From NCBI GenBank assembly GCA_000697335.1, contig JNEM01009037.1, positions 1-39,799 on the forward strand: a DNA stretch of 39,799 bases. Reading direction: 5' to 3'. Position 1 is the first letter of the stretch. Each line of letters opens with the position of its first letter. Source of the DNA: Conidiobolus incongruus B7586. Taxonomy: Eukaryota. Made by a program: the position numbers and the translations under genes. This document shows positions 1 to 10,568 of this stretch, piece by piece. The notes under the pieces were generated by a model. It worked only from the letters and a program-made list of their open reading frames with translations. It was not told where the DNA came from and did no database searches.

Positions 1-629
1 TAATTTTAAATAAATATTTAATTATAATCTATAAACTAAAATAAATAATATTATTAAGAATATAAAAATAAATTACATATTATCAAATCTGAACAAAGTA
101 TTTATAAATTATTATTGGAGAATTAATATTTAATTTTATAATTTTATTAAATAATTTCTTATTTTTATTCATATTTAATTTTAATAGTATATTATAACTC
201 ACTTATATTTATTTAATAAATAAATTATTAATTGATAATAGTCTTAAATTTTCAATTTTTTAATTTAAATCCATATTTATATAAAAGTATTAAATTAAAC
301 TGACAAATATATTATATTTTGGATATATATATATTAAGATGATAAATTAAAAATTATCAAAATAATTTCATATAATTTGATAAAAAGATAATAAAATATT
401 AATTTAATTTTAAATGTTATCAAAAATTAAAGAATATAGCAAATATTAAATATAGAATAACTATGTAGTTAATAAGTTTCCTTCTCTATTAATTTGAATA
501 ATACACCAAATATAGTATATTGAGATATTATTTTAAAATACACCTGAGCTATTATAATTAAAGCACCCTATGAATTATCTATCATAGTTATCAGGATAAT
601 CTCCTATAACATTATCTTTTATATTATTA

Positions 630-1934
630 CCTTAAATTTGAAATAATGGGAAATTTTTTAATTTCTAATTTTTCAAACATATTATTAGTTTGAAATAAAT
701 AAATATATACAAAGTTAATAGGAAATTATATATTTTTAATATATATATATATATATTAGTTTTTTTGATTAAAAAATTAACTTTTTAAAATTGGTTGTTT
801 AATTTAATCATGCTTAAACTAAATAGTAATCATCAAAAGTCTTTTATTTTGGTATTAGTAAAACTTAACCATAAACCCTATAAAATTATTTAAAATTTAT
901 AAGCAGCTTTTAATAATGAAGTATTATCTAAATCAACAATTTATTACTAGGTAAATTACTTTAAAGCTAAAAGAAAAACTATTTAAAACCTGTTAAAATC
1001 TAAAAAACTAACTTTAACTATCACTCTTTTAATTGTAAATAGAGTGAAAAAATATATTAAAAAGCACCTTTTTATTCTAGTTAGAGAATTATCTAAGTAC
1101 TTTAATATTAGTTTTACAGGTATTTTATATATTTTAAAGTTTAAACTAAAATTAATAAATAAAAATATAAAATAAGTAATTTATAATTTAACTAAAGCTT
1201 AAAAAAAGCTAGAGTAGTTATTGTTAAACAAAACCTATTGAAATATTACTAGAAGCTTAAACTTTTACAGCAAATAATTACAATTGATGAATCTTTAATC
1301 TTTATGTATAATCCTTTACCAAAACACAAATTAAAATGCTAGATTAAGTTAAATTAACCCCCTCTACAAATCCCTTTAAATAAATATTTTGTTAATAAGT
1401 GAATGTTAATTATTATAATAAATTATAATAGTATATGCTATTCTTATTTAGTTCTTGAAAGAAAATCAATTAATAGTAAATTATATATTGTTTTTTTAAA
1501 TAAAAATATTTTTAATTGGTGTTCTCAATATAATTTGAAAAAACCTATTATTTTACATGATAATTACAAAATACATAAATCTAAAGCTGTAAAAAACTTT
1601 CTAATTAAAAATAACTGGAAAAAACTACCACATCTAGTATATTCCCTTGATTATAACCTATGTGATTATAATTGCTTTAGGCAATTAAAAAACCAGCTTA
1701 CAGGAAAGAAAATTTCTATAGGAAAATTTAATTGGTTTGTGAAACATCAAATTTTAGTCTTTAATAAAAAGAACTGTTTTTTAGGTGTTAGAAGTTTGTT
1801 AAAAGTATAGCAAAAAGTTATTAATAATAAAAGAAACTATTAAATTTATATTATATATTTATTTTTATATATCATATATTCAAATGTTTATTTATTTTTA
1901 ATCACAAAAAATTCCCATTATTAAAAATACAGAG
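630..1934 (+). mobile_element. Full-length degenerate mariner (Tc1/mariner, DD34D) DNA transposon, ~1.3 kb, with imperfect TIRs and TA target-site duplication
   Basis: Left end TA|CCTTAAATTTGAAATAATGGGAAATTTTT (628-658) aligns without gaps to the reverse complement of the right end, TA|CTCTGTATTTTTAATAATGGGAATTTTTT (1936-1906). TA at 628-629 and 1935-1936. The 1305-bp length is typical of mariners, and a transposase relic lies inside. Confidence 0.85.
810..1843 (+). pseudogene. Mariner transposase pseudogene with many nonsense codons and one frameshift in the A-run at 1201-1207
   Basis: From ATG 810: HTH region 'AAFNNEVLSKSTIYY*VNYFKAKRKTI*NLLKSKKL' (cf. ALS.STVY.W...FK.GR....D.PRSGRP); 'K*VIYNLT' (WVPHxLT); 'IITIDES' (first D at 1286); 'LHDNYKIH' ... 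'LPHLVYSLDYNLCDY' (HDNAxxH / YSPDLAPxDY) with exactly 34 residues between D2 and D3; C-terminus 'GVRSLLKV*QKVINNKRNY*'. Confidence 0.9.
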
Positions 1935-4900
1935 TAATATTTGCAACTGGAGCACCATTGCTGCTATTATTTTAGGAACTTACCAACATATTAGACAAGA
2001 TGTTATAATAAACAGTCAAATATAATAATTATATAACAGTATATTAATATAATATTCTATCACAGAATATTTTTCTCATTTACTACAATGATAAATATAT
2101 AATCAACAAAATCTGTTGTTTCAATCACAGTTATCTAAGAACATAAAATTTATTCTGGTTAAATATATCTCAAAATAGTTCTCAAATGTAAATTTTTATG
2201 ATTTATATACTTATCATAATGGGGTCAATGTAAGCAAGTTGTTTCAGTGTAATCAGTGTCAAAAGGTTTTTTGTTTATTTGACAATGTTTCCCATTTTTA
2301 TATGTAAAAGTTGGTGATAGTTCAAATATAAAATAGGACAAGTTAAGGTAAAGTAGATAAGGAAGATAAGATAAGGCAAGAAGATATGATTGACAGGATC
2401 ATGATGATGACAAAGTGATCTGATCCATGAGACTTATACTGAATTTTGTACTCATTCGTAAATTTATAATTGAAATAATCTAGTGTGTATATGAAAGGTA
2501 ATTTTTTAATTTATGTATCAAAATAACTTTTTTATATCATTTAAATTATTGAAATTTTGATTTTATACTTGACCAAATTTGCTGAATACATTTGGTAATA
2601 AATGAAATGTAATTTGATAGACTGAAGGTTAATGTGTATCAAAATATACCTTGAAAAATTATTTATTTGCAAAAGTTGATTTCTAAGAATGTTTGAACAT
2701 ATACTTTACCTTTAACATACATAACTATGTAACTTTTATATTTAATCTAAAATGTAGAGAAAGTCTAAAATTTGAATCAATATGATATTAGAAGTGTAGA
2801 GTAATTAATATTAATAAATATAATTATTAAATCTCTCTTATCAAGTTATTGGAAATTGATGTAGATATAAATTAATTCTCTTTACAAAAAATCAGTTTTT
2901 TAGCCTTATTTCAAAAGCGTGTAAATAATGGTATCGATATAAAATATTGATACATTATACTATTAGATTTAATTTGAAAAGTTATATAAATTTTAATAGT
3001 TTTATTCAATTGGGCTAGGGGTATAAATTAAATAAAACCAAGTTTCCCTAGTGAGATTTATATATTCTTTTTAATTTGTTATTAAATATAAAACAATTTA
3101 TAAAAAGCTCTTCTATTATCTTATATCTCAACGTAATATATTTTAAAATAATATTAAAAGTTAGCATACATTTATATTGATTTAAAAATTTTTATAAATA
3201 TTAGTATTTCTATAATATATTTTATTTCACAAATACATCTTTTATATTAATAGGTTTATAGTTTAATTAGCTTTATTTAACCTAATTTTAAATTTTTTAA
3301 TAAATTTCATAAATTATAAATTTAAAATAATAAGTATTGAAAAATTACATGATGCATATTATGTATATTTAAGCAATTTATTTTTCTATTAACATCATTC
3401 TTTCAAGAAAAGTAATATACTGTATTATACTAAAAAAATTTTAAATATATTTAATAGAATAATACTATCTAAATTATTATTAATTTTCAATATAACAATG
3501 AATATCATTTAATATTGTTAAAATAACATGAATAAATATTTTATAAAATTATCAATATCAATTTTGAATTTAGTCTCAAATATTTATATTAAATATACAA
3601 TCATGATTTAAAATGAAAATAATATAATGATTTGATTTCAATTTATTATTTTGATACAAGAATGAACAGTAAAAAATAATCGATGAAATAAAAAATTCCA
3701 GATTGAAATATATAACGTTATAATGAGTAAAAAAATATGCAAAATAAATTTCTTATCCTTTCTCGGTGTACTTAATTTGAATAGAATATATAGCTCTAAT
3801 CCGCATTACATTTTGGCTACTGAACGTTTTTATTGAATTTCATTTTGTGAATAAAATATAAAATTGATTTATCATGAACTTGGAATATTCCAATTTAAAA
3901 TATTACTCTGTTTCAAAATATAAGCTGAATCTCAAAATATGTCATCTCTATCGATATTTTAGAATAATCGTTGTTTCATTAATTTTGGTAGAAAAATGAT
4001 ATTATATACAGAATAGGTGTTTTTGATAATATATTAATCAGAATGTATCATTTGATTTTATTCAATGAAATGAAAGAGATTCATTGAAAATTTATTTCTA
4101 ATAATTAATATATTAAAAGTAGACTAGGCTAATAAAATATAAGATTTAAATTATTTAATAATATTACATAATTGTTTATCTCTGGTTATGCTTTGGTTTG
4201 AGAAAAGCTTTACAATATGTGAATTTTGTGAAACAATAAATTGATTGAATTTATTAGGTTATAAAACCAATCTTTTTATTAAACATATATATTTAAGGTT
4301 TGGAAACATCATATAACTGAGTTTAAAGAATTGATACAGCTATAATAAATATATATAATATTTTATTGATGAGCGATATAATTTTAATCTCATTTAATAT
4401 CAGTTTTTGAAATTAACAAATTCATTTATATTAAGATTTTGAATCACAAATTCAACATGAATGAAATTTTCAAGTATAATCATTTAATCTGTATATAATA
4501 TAATTAGTATTTGGTTCATTGAGTTGATTTAATTGAAGAGACAAAGATTTCCTATTACTTTTGATATGACATCAAAATCATTCAAATAAAAGTAACATAA
4601 AACCCTATGTTATATAAATGAACATTGAAATATAATTCACTTTAACGATAATATATTTTAATTAATTCTCCGTAAATTGATTAATGAATAATTATTAAAA
4701 ATCGAATTTTTAAACTGATAATCATATTAAAAACCTGCAATCCTGATAATTAATTAATCAAAGTATATTTGTCGTTATATTTTATTATTTATATTGATAT
4801 TGAATATGGATTGAAAAAAATTTCAAGGTATACATTTTACCAGTTACAAATTCATTTACCAAATAAAGTATTAAATGGCATGAATTTGATTCCAGTTTGG

Positions 4901-5205
4901 CACAATTGTAGCATTATTCAAACAATATTAAATTTCATTGAAATGCATTATTATTATAAATATTTATATGTTATTTTAAATTAATTAAATAGTTACTCTT
5001 TTGTTTTGGTTTATATTTAATAGAATTAGAAAAAAAACTAAAATCCAGTTAAATTACTATATTAAAATGCTAGTTGATCCATTTTAACTAAAATTAGAAC
5101 TCAATTTTATTTAGTTTAATCCCAAATTAACATAAAATTTACTTGAGTATAAATAACCCTCAAATACTAAATATCTTTAAGAAGTTTTAATTTAATCGAT
5201 TCACA

Positions 5206-6920
5206 ATGACAACTGACATAATCTTAATAAATCAACAAATCTCTAATATTCATTGTACATTATGTAGAAAGAAAAAATTAAAATGTGATAGGAAATTACC
5301 TCAGTGTAGCAGATGTATAATGAATAATATTCAATGTGAATATGTTAAGAAGAGTAGATTTTATAAATTTCAATTTAAAATTGAAAATCCTAAAGATTTG
5401 AAAGCTTACCATAACCAAGGTAGTCTTATAATTATATATTAGTAATCGCTGTTAAATGATATTATATTCATTTAGTCAGTTATCAATTTACCAAATCCTT
5501 ATCTTTTTCAAATACGAACTGGAACCACAGCAATGATACGCTACTGTCACCGTTGTATGGGGCATCTTCAGTGGATGAAATTATTAGATTCGCATTTAAC
5601 TACCCATATACCAATTATTTCCAGATAGGGAATAATCTGAGCACTGACCAATACCTCAATCACAAAATCAAATATAGTTTGGACAAGTATCCTATCGAAG
5701 TAATTGGCAAAGATAATAAAAAAAATTTTATTATATATTCAATGTCGCCAACTGCTCGCCCGTTATATCTATTGACGCAAAAAAGTTTTTGGAATGAGTT
5801 GATAGAGTTGTATATACAAAACTTTCATCCTATGTGTCCCGTGTTTAGCTTGAGATACTTTGACCCAGATACAGCTCCATCTTATTTGTTAGCTGCAATC
5901 CATTTGGTTGGGTATATGTATCGTTCTGAGCGGCCAATATGTGTCACGGACTACTTGGAAAAATATATGGAAATTGCCACCAAGCAGTGTGTTTACCATC
6001 CGAGCATATCATCTCTCCAAACCCTATACATCATGGCGCAATACAGTTACTATTCAAATAATACTAACAAACGTCGTATGTACCAAAGTTGTCTTACACG
6101 ATTGGCATATACTTTGGGACTTCATCATCCTCTGAAAAATAATAGTCCATTGCTACGCTACGAAGCAGATTTAATATGGAGTAAAATCACCCTTCTTAAC
6201 CTCAATTTTTCAGGTGTATCGTTTGAACCCAATTACGTCGTGAATTACCCGCGATTTTTAACTGGCCTGAACCCCAGCTACCAATTACCCCACCCTAATT
6301 ACAATTTTGATCCCCAGAATGCGGAGATTTCGGATGTGATTGCATTGTGCATCACATACAACGCCATGTCCGTCGACGTCATCCTCCAGTACTATTGGGA
6401 CAATATCAGGACTGCAAATCATGTCGAGCGCATTTCGCACAAGTTGGAGACTAGATGCGACAAAGGTGATATGGAATTTCTGAAAGCATGCCAATTTTAC
6501 GATGATTTAATCCTAAAATACCCCGATCACAAAGATTCCATACTTGGGTTCAAGATCATGCTGAGCATATACTGCAGCATTATGGACATTCACTACTTTA
6601 ACCCAGATCCTGAAGATCCTGCCGAAATTAACCGAGAAAAAATCGATAAGTTGATCCAAAGTTGCCATATATTAATCACTATTATGATCAATAATCCAGG
6701 ACCAGCAAAATTCTATACTACTGGATTCTTAATAGCAGCAGGGCTAGCATATTTAAAAGGCTTAAAATTTGCAAATAAGCAACAAATCAATCTAATTTTA
6801 GCAGATTTGGAACTTTTAATCAATTGGATTTTGGAGAATGGAGACGATTCTGCGAAATTACCACTAGTGATTTTGAAGTATGGCAGGAAAGGTTGGCTAA
6901 CACATCAATTGCATTTGTAA
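5206..6920 (+). CDS. Zn(II)2Cys6 fungal transcription factor with fungal-TF middle homology region; exons 5206-5419 and 5476-6920 (~552 aa)
   Basis: CTLCRKKKLKCDRKLPQCSRCIMNNIQC binuclear cluster in exon 1. A 56-nt GT..TAG intron (5420-5475) joins it in frame to ORF 5553..6920, which has 'FWNELIELYIQNFHPMCPVFSLRYFDP...LLAAI'. Confidence 0.9.
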
Positions 6921-7449
6921 TAATAAAAAAATAATCTAATAAGTGATTATTATTTATTTCGGATGAGTTTATTATTATAATTTGGTTATAAAATACTGCG
7001 AATAATAAACCTGAGATCATTACGAATGATGTAGTGCTAGTTATACGAATAATCGACTGTGCATCGCTCTTGAACATACTTGATCCGTTAGCTACTGAGG
7101 ATCCTGTACTTACAGTGCTCGCCATTGTTGCACTAGATTTTCCCAACATATTACTCATTGTTAATGCACCATTTAATCCTCTGACATTGGTCATGTCATC
7201 TGATTTTCCAGTAGCTGTTAAATTAGTTGTATTACCTTCTGCACCTAGAAAGCCTCCTATAACACCACCACCAGAGGGACCTTTTGGAACACCACTATCA
7301 GCATCTGGGGCTTCAGGAGCATTACTAACAGAGGCATCAACAGAACCAGAAACACCGCCTGGTGCACTATTTGCACCATTCGTATTCTGGGTACTTAATA
7401 AAGTAAGGGCCACAATTACAGGCAAAATAATCAAATTTAACAATTCCAT
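6820..7449 (-). CDS. Secreted Gly/Ser/Thr-rich, GPI-anchor-like surface protein (paralog of 9205-9837), with a 54-aa read-through extension past the ancestral stop
   Basis: Signal peptide MELLNLIILPVIVALTLLS (an upstream ATG at 7458 is also possible); low-complexity middle; SDAQSIIRITSTTSFVMISGLLFAVFYN matches the paralog's C-terminus; codon 6984-6982 is CAA where the paralog has TAA. Confidence 0.75.
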   Translation of the reverse strand: MELLNLIILPVIVALTLLSTQNTNGANSAPGGVSGSVDASVSNAPEAPDADSGVPKGPSGGGVIGGFLGAEGNTTNLTATGKSDDMTNVRGLNGALTMSNMLGKSSATMASTVSTGSSVANGSSMFKSDAQSIIRITSTTSFVMISGLLFAVFYNQIIIINSSEINNNHLLDYFFIITNAIDVLANLSCHTSKSLVVISQNRLHSPKSN

Positions 7450-9204
7450 AATATCCATGAATTTTATATACAACTAATTATCAAACACCTTTAATACTTT
7501 GAGTATAATTCAATACCTCTATGCTGGCAACAGGATAATAAATTATATATCAAATCCTGTATTTTTGAAATTTGCTATTATATCAAATAATATCGTTGTG
7601 CGCAAGAAAGCATTTGAATGAATACTTAATATATTTTAGATTGTGGAAATATCGTTTATATTTAATAGTGCATATCATAGATAAATCTCAATAATATTTA
7701 CTTTTATTATTTGTTGATCAAAATTGAATGGTTTACATAGATTCTGTCTCATACGATTCCCATATATATTTATTCAATTTTTGTGAAAATCAGTCATATC
7801 TGTAATCAATTTACAATAATCCTCTAATAACATAAAATAGTCCTTTTAGAAGCTATTACTAGTTTCACATAATTAGCTTTGACACTACGAATGCTCTAAC
7901 CCAATAGTTTCATAACATATTGTTATCACATTAAATATATTATAGAATCATATTGATATTTAGCACTTTCTCGGTTTGGGACTTGTTCTCACTGTTAGGA
8001 ATCAACTACTTAACCAATAAATAAATTATTTAACTTACATTCCTCTATCTCTAGCTCTATCAATTTTGCCTAAAGATTGTTATGCCAAATTTTTAGTCTA
8101 ATTTCAATATTAAAATTCAGCATATTTGCAAACATTTTTGATTGACAGCAACAATTTCTACAAATATCTCCAATCGCAATACTTGATGAATATTTTTAAA
8201 ATGATTACATATCAAAATATCCTTATAGAGACCACTTTGACCCAAATATTCATCATTGATAATTTTACTTTTATTACTTCAATATTAACTACTATGATCC
8301 TATCATTTTTTGATTTTAAAATTGGAATTGAGCTAAATTTAAAAAGATTTCATGCTGAAATTATAGGATAGATAAAATTTCTAATATATAACAATATATT
8401 AAAGTTGATAATATGTTGAGAATTTCAGTCTAATAATTTGTAATTTTAAATTGATAAAAATCTACCATTAGAATGAATTATATTGGGCGATTTTTTAAAT
8501 AATAGTTCTTAATCATCTAAAAATATATAAACACAATCCAAATATAGTGTCGCGAGTCAGAAGGCTCCTTTCCTTCTAAATATGCTTACATCAACTGAAT
8601 ATAAAGGTCATTCTCTCCTCACATGATCAGCCATTTCAGCTCTGTTCTTTAATTAGCTGATGATACAAGCCATCCGAAAACCCATAAATCTCCTTACACT
8701 ATTCATTCTATATAAAACCCGGAATTAAAGCTTATCCTCAAAGCGACGAGCTTGATCTGCGTCCTCCCAGCTATTTACCTTAAATCAATAAACTCTCATT
8801 TTCCCTAACAGTTATCTGGAATTCCCCAAAACTCTTGTATTGTAATTAACCCGAACACGGCTTTCCTAACTCATGTTAATAGGTTTACTTTCTTCTCTAG
8901 AATACATTGTAAATTATAAATTTTTCAAAAATCAATGTTAATCAAAACTTCCAGGGAAAAATATCTACTTAGATTTAGGTGACTATCTAAAGATATATTT
9001 TGAAATATAATTTATATTTTAAAAATATATAGAAACGAAATTATTATGCAATATTATTCTTATATTTCAAATCATTCATTATTCATTATACACTTTTTCA
9101 ATCTTTAATAAATTTTTTTCGAAATAATTATATTTTAAAATAAAAATATATTTTAAAGATTATGCTTTATTTGAGATAAGTATTATAAAAATTATGAATT
9201 ATTT

Positions 9205-9837
9205 TTAGTTGTAAAATACAGAGAATAATAAACCTGAAATCATTAGAATTGATGTAGCGCTAGTTACACGAACGACGGATTGAGCATCGCTTAGTGATAT
9301 GCTTGATAAGGTGGTGGGTCCTGAAGAGCCTGCGCGTGCACTGCTGGTCGTTGCCATACCGGGACGTCCAGAAGAGTTACCCATTGGAGATGCACCACCT
9401 GTACCTCCTGGGATTGTAGAGTTGCCACCGGCTCCCCCAATTCCTCCCATTCCTCCCATTCCTCCCATTCCAGGCATTGTGCTGTTCATACCACCGGGTC
9501 CTCCTGGTCCTCCTGGTCCTCCGGGACCACCCATGCCTCCTGCACCACCAATACCACCACTTCCTGGAGCACCTCCAGCTCCTCCCGGACCACCTCCAGG
9601 AGCGCCTGGAGCACTTGAAGTTCCTTCACCACCTCCTGGGGAACCACCAGGAGTACCTGGTGAACCTCCGCTAGGAATCAAACCAGGCATGGAAGTACCC
9701 ATTGGAGGAGCACCCCCAGCACCACCAGGAGCACCTGGGGCACCGCCAGGACCAGCAGCACCGCCATTGGTAATTTGACCACTTACCAAAGTAAGGGACA
9801 CGATGGCAGACAAAGTGATTGAATTCAACAATTTCAT
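9205..9837 (-). CDS. Secreted Gly/Pro/Met-rich, GPI-anchor-like cell-surface protein (~210 aa)
   Basis: Signal peptide MKLLNSITLSAIVSLTLVSG; GGP/GGM/GAP repeats; Ser/Thr stretch; small-residue omega-like site SDA followed by the hydrophobic tail ILMISGLLFSVFYN*. The ORF is a GC-rich island. Confidence 0.85.
   Translation of the reverse strand: MKLLNSITLSAIVSLTLVSGQITNGGAAGPGGAPGAPGGAGGAPPMGTSMPGLIPSGGSPGTPGGSPGGGEGTSSAPGAPGGGPGGAGGAPGSGGIGGAGGMGGPGGPGGPGGPGGMNSTMPGMGGMGGMGGIGGAGGNSTIPGGTGGASPMGNSSGRPGMATTSSARAGSSGPTTLSSISLSDAQSVVRVTSATSILMISGLLFSVFYN
9441..9523. repeat. 9-bp coding tandem repeats (TTCCTCCCA)x3 and (GGTCCTCCT)x~3 encoding GGM and GGP units
   Basis: Read directly at 9441-9467 and 9497-9523. 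Confidence 0.8.
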
Positions 9838-10244
9838 ATTAATTATATACAAATTATCAATTAAAAAACACTAATAATTTTGGATTTTAGAACCTGACTG
9901 ATTCAATCAGTTATTTAAAAAGAAATTAGACCTAATTTGTAAGGAATATTGAAGATATGATGATGTATTTTATACTCAATGAATATGCATTCCTCTCAAA
10001 TTCTCCAACTCTGGACCCGAATGTCCCAATTGTAACCATGCGGGGACTCCATGCGATCTATGTCCTTTCCCAAATGTCCAAATGGGAATTTCTTGGCCCC
10101 TTAAAATTAATTTTAGAAGTTCAACTTTTACTGATTTCATTTAGCTTTGGGGATCTTCAGAGAGGGGTTAAAAACAACTTTTAATTTTTTTTCTTGAAGT
10201 TTATTGATTTTGCATTGTTTTTTAAGGTTAATTCAATATTGGAC

Positions 10245-10250
10245 TATAAA
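10245..10250 (+). promoter_or_regulatory. Candidate TATA box for the hairpin locus
   Basis: TATAAA ~37 nt upstream of the stem start (10287). Low specificity in AT-rich DNA. Confidence 0.3.
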
Positions 10251-10286
10251 TTAAAGGGTTGTGGATTGTGATTTCATTCAGCGTTC

Positions 10287-10568
10287 ATATTATCACGGGC
10301 TGGAATACTCGTTCGACCTTAGCAATTCAATTCATTCGAGAACTCCGCCACAGATCTACCTACAACGCAATCACAAAGTACACTCAAGCAATGCAATCAA
10401 TCGTTCCATCCGACGTGTCTTCCCAGCGTACGAGCGGTACGTCGGATGGAACGATTGATTGCATTGCTTGAGTGTACTTTGTGATTGCGTTGTAGGTAGA
10501 TCTGTGGCGGAGTTCTCGAATGAATTGAATTGCTAAGGTCGAACGGGTCTTCCGGCTCGTGACAATAT
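10287..10568. repeat. Long inverted repeat: perfect 107-bp arms 10310-10416 / 10439-10545, 22-nt spacer, plus a 23-bp imperfect outer extension
   Basis: Checked base by base: CGTTCGACCTTAGCAATT...GTTCCATCCGACGT is the exact reverse complement of ACGTCGGATGGAAC...AATTGCTAAGGTCGAACG. Arms are ~45% GC. Confidence 0.97.
10287..10568 (+). ncRNA. Putative hairpin RNA (Dicer substrate; siRNA/milRNA precursor)
   Basis: Five of the seven non-Watson-Crick positions in the extended stem are G-U wobbles on the + strand; upstream TATAAA; no TSD and no convincing ORF. The function is inferred. Confidence 0.5.

Noticed and set aside
2330..2395. Purine-rich degenerate 5-nt periodic tract (AGATA/AGGTA-like)
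   Set aside because: Too degenerate to define; no spacer structure and no second copy showing an LTR.
3898..3924. TA-CTCTGTTTCAAAATATAAG, resembling a mariner/Stowaway-like terminus and sharing 14 nt with the mariner right end
   Set aside because: No partner inverted end found; such a match is plausible by chance in AT-rich DNA.
7034..7477. 147-aa + strand ORF
   Set aside because: Antisense shadow of the GPI-like paralog; non-ATG start.
9299..9778. Proline-rich 159-aa + strand ORF (also 9477..9674)
   Set aside because: Antisense shadow of the Gly-rich gene. The minus frame has the signal peptide, GPI-like tail and a paralog.
10259..10471. Two short ORFs across the hairpin's left arm
   Set aside because: No recognisable domain; expected by chance in a GC-richer patch, and they run into the inverted arm.
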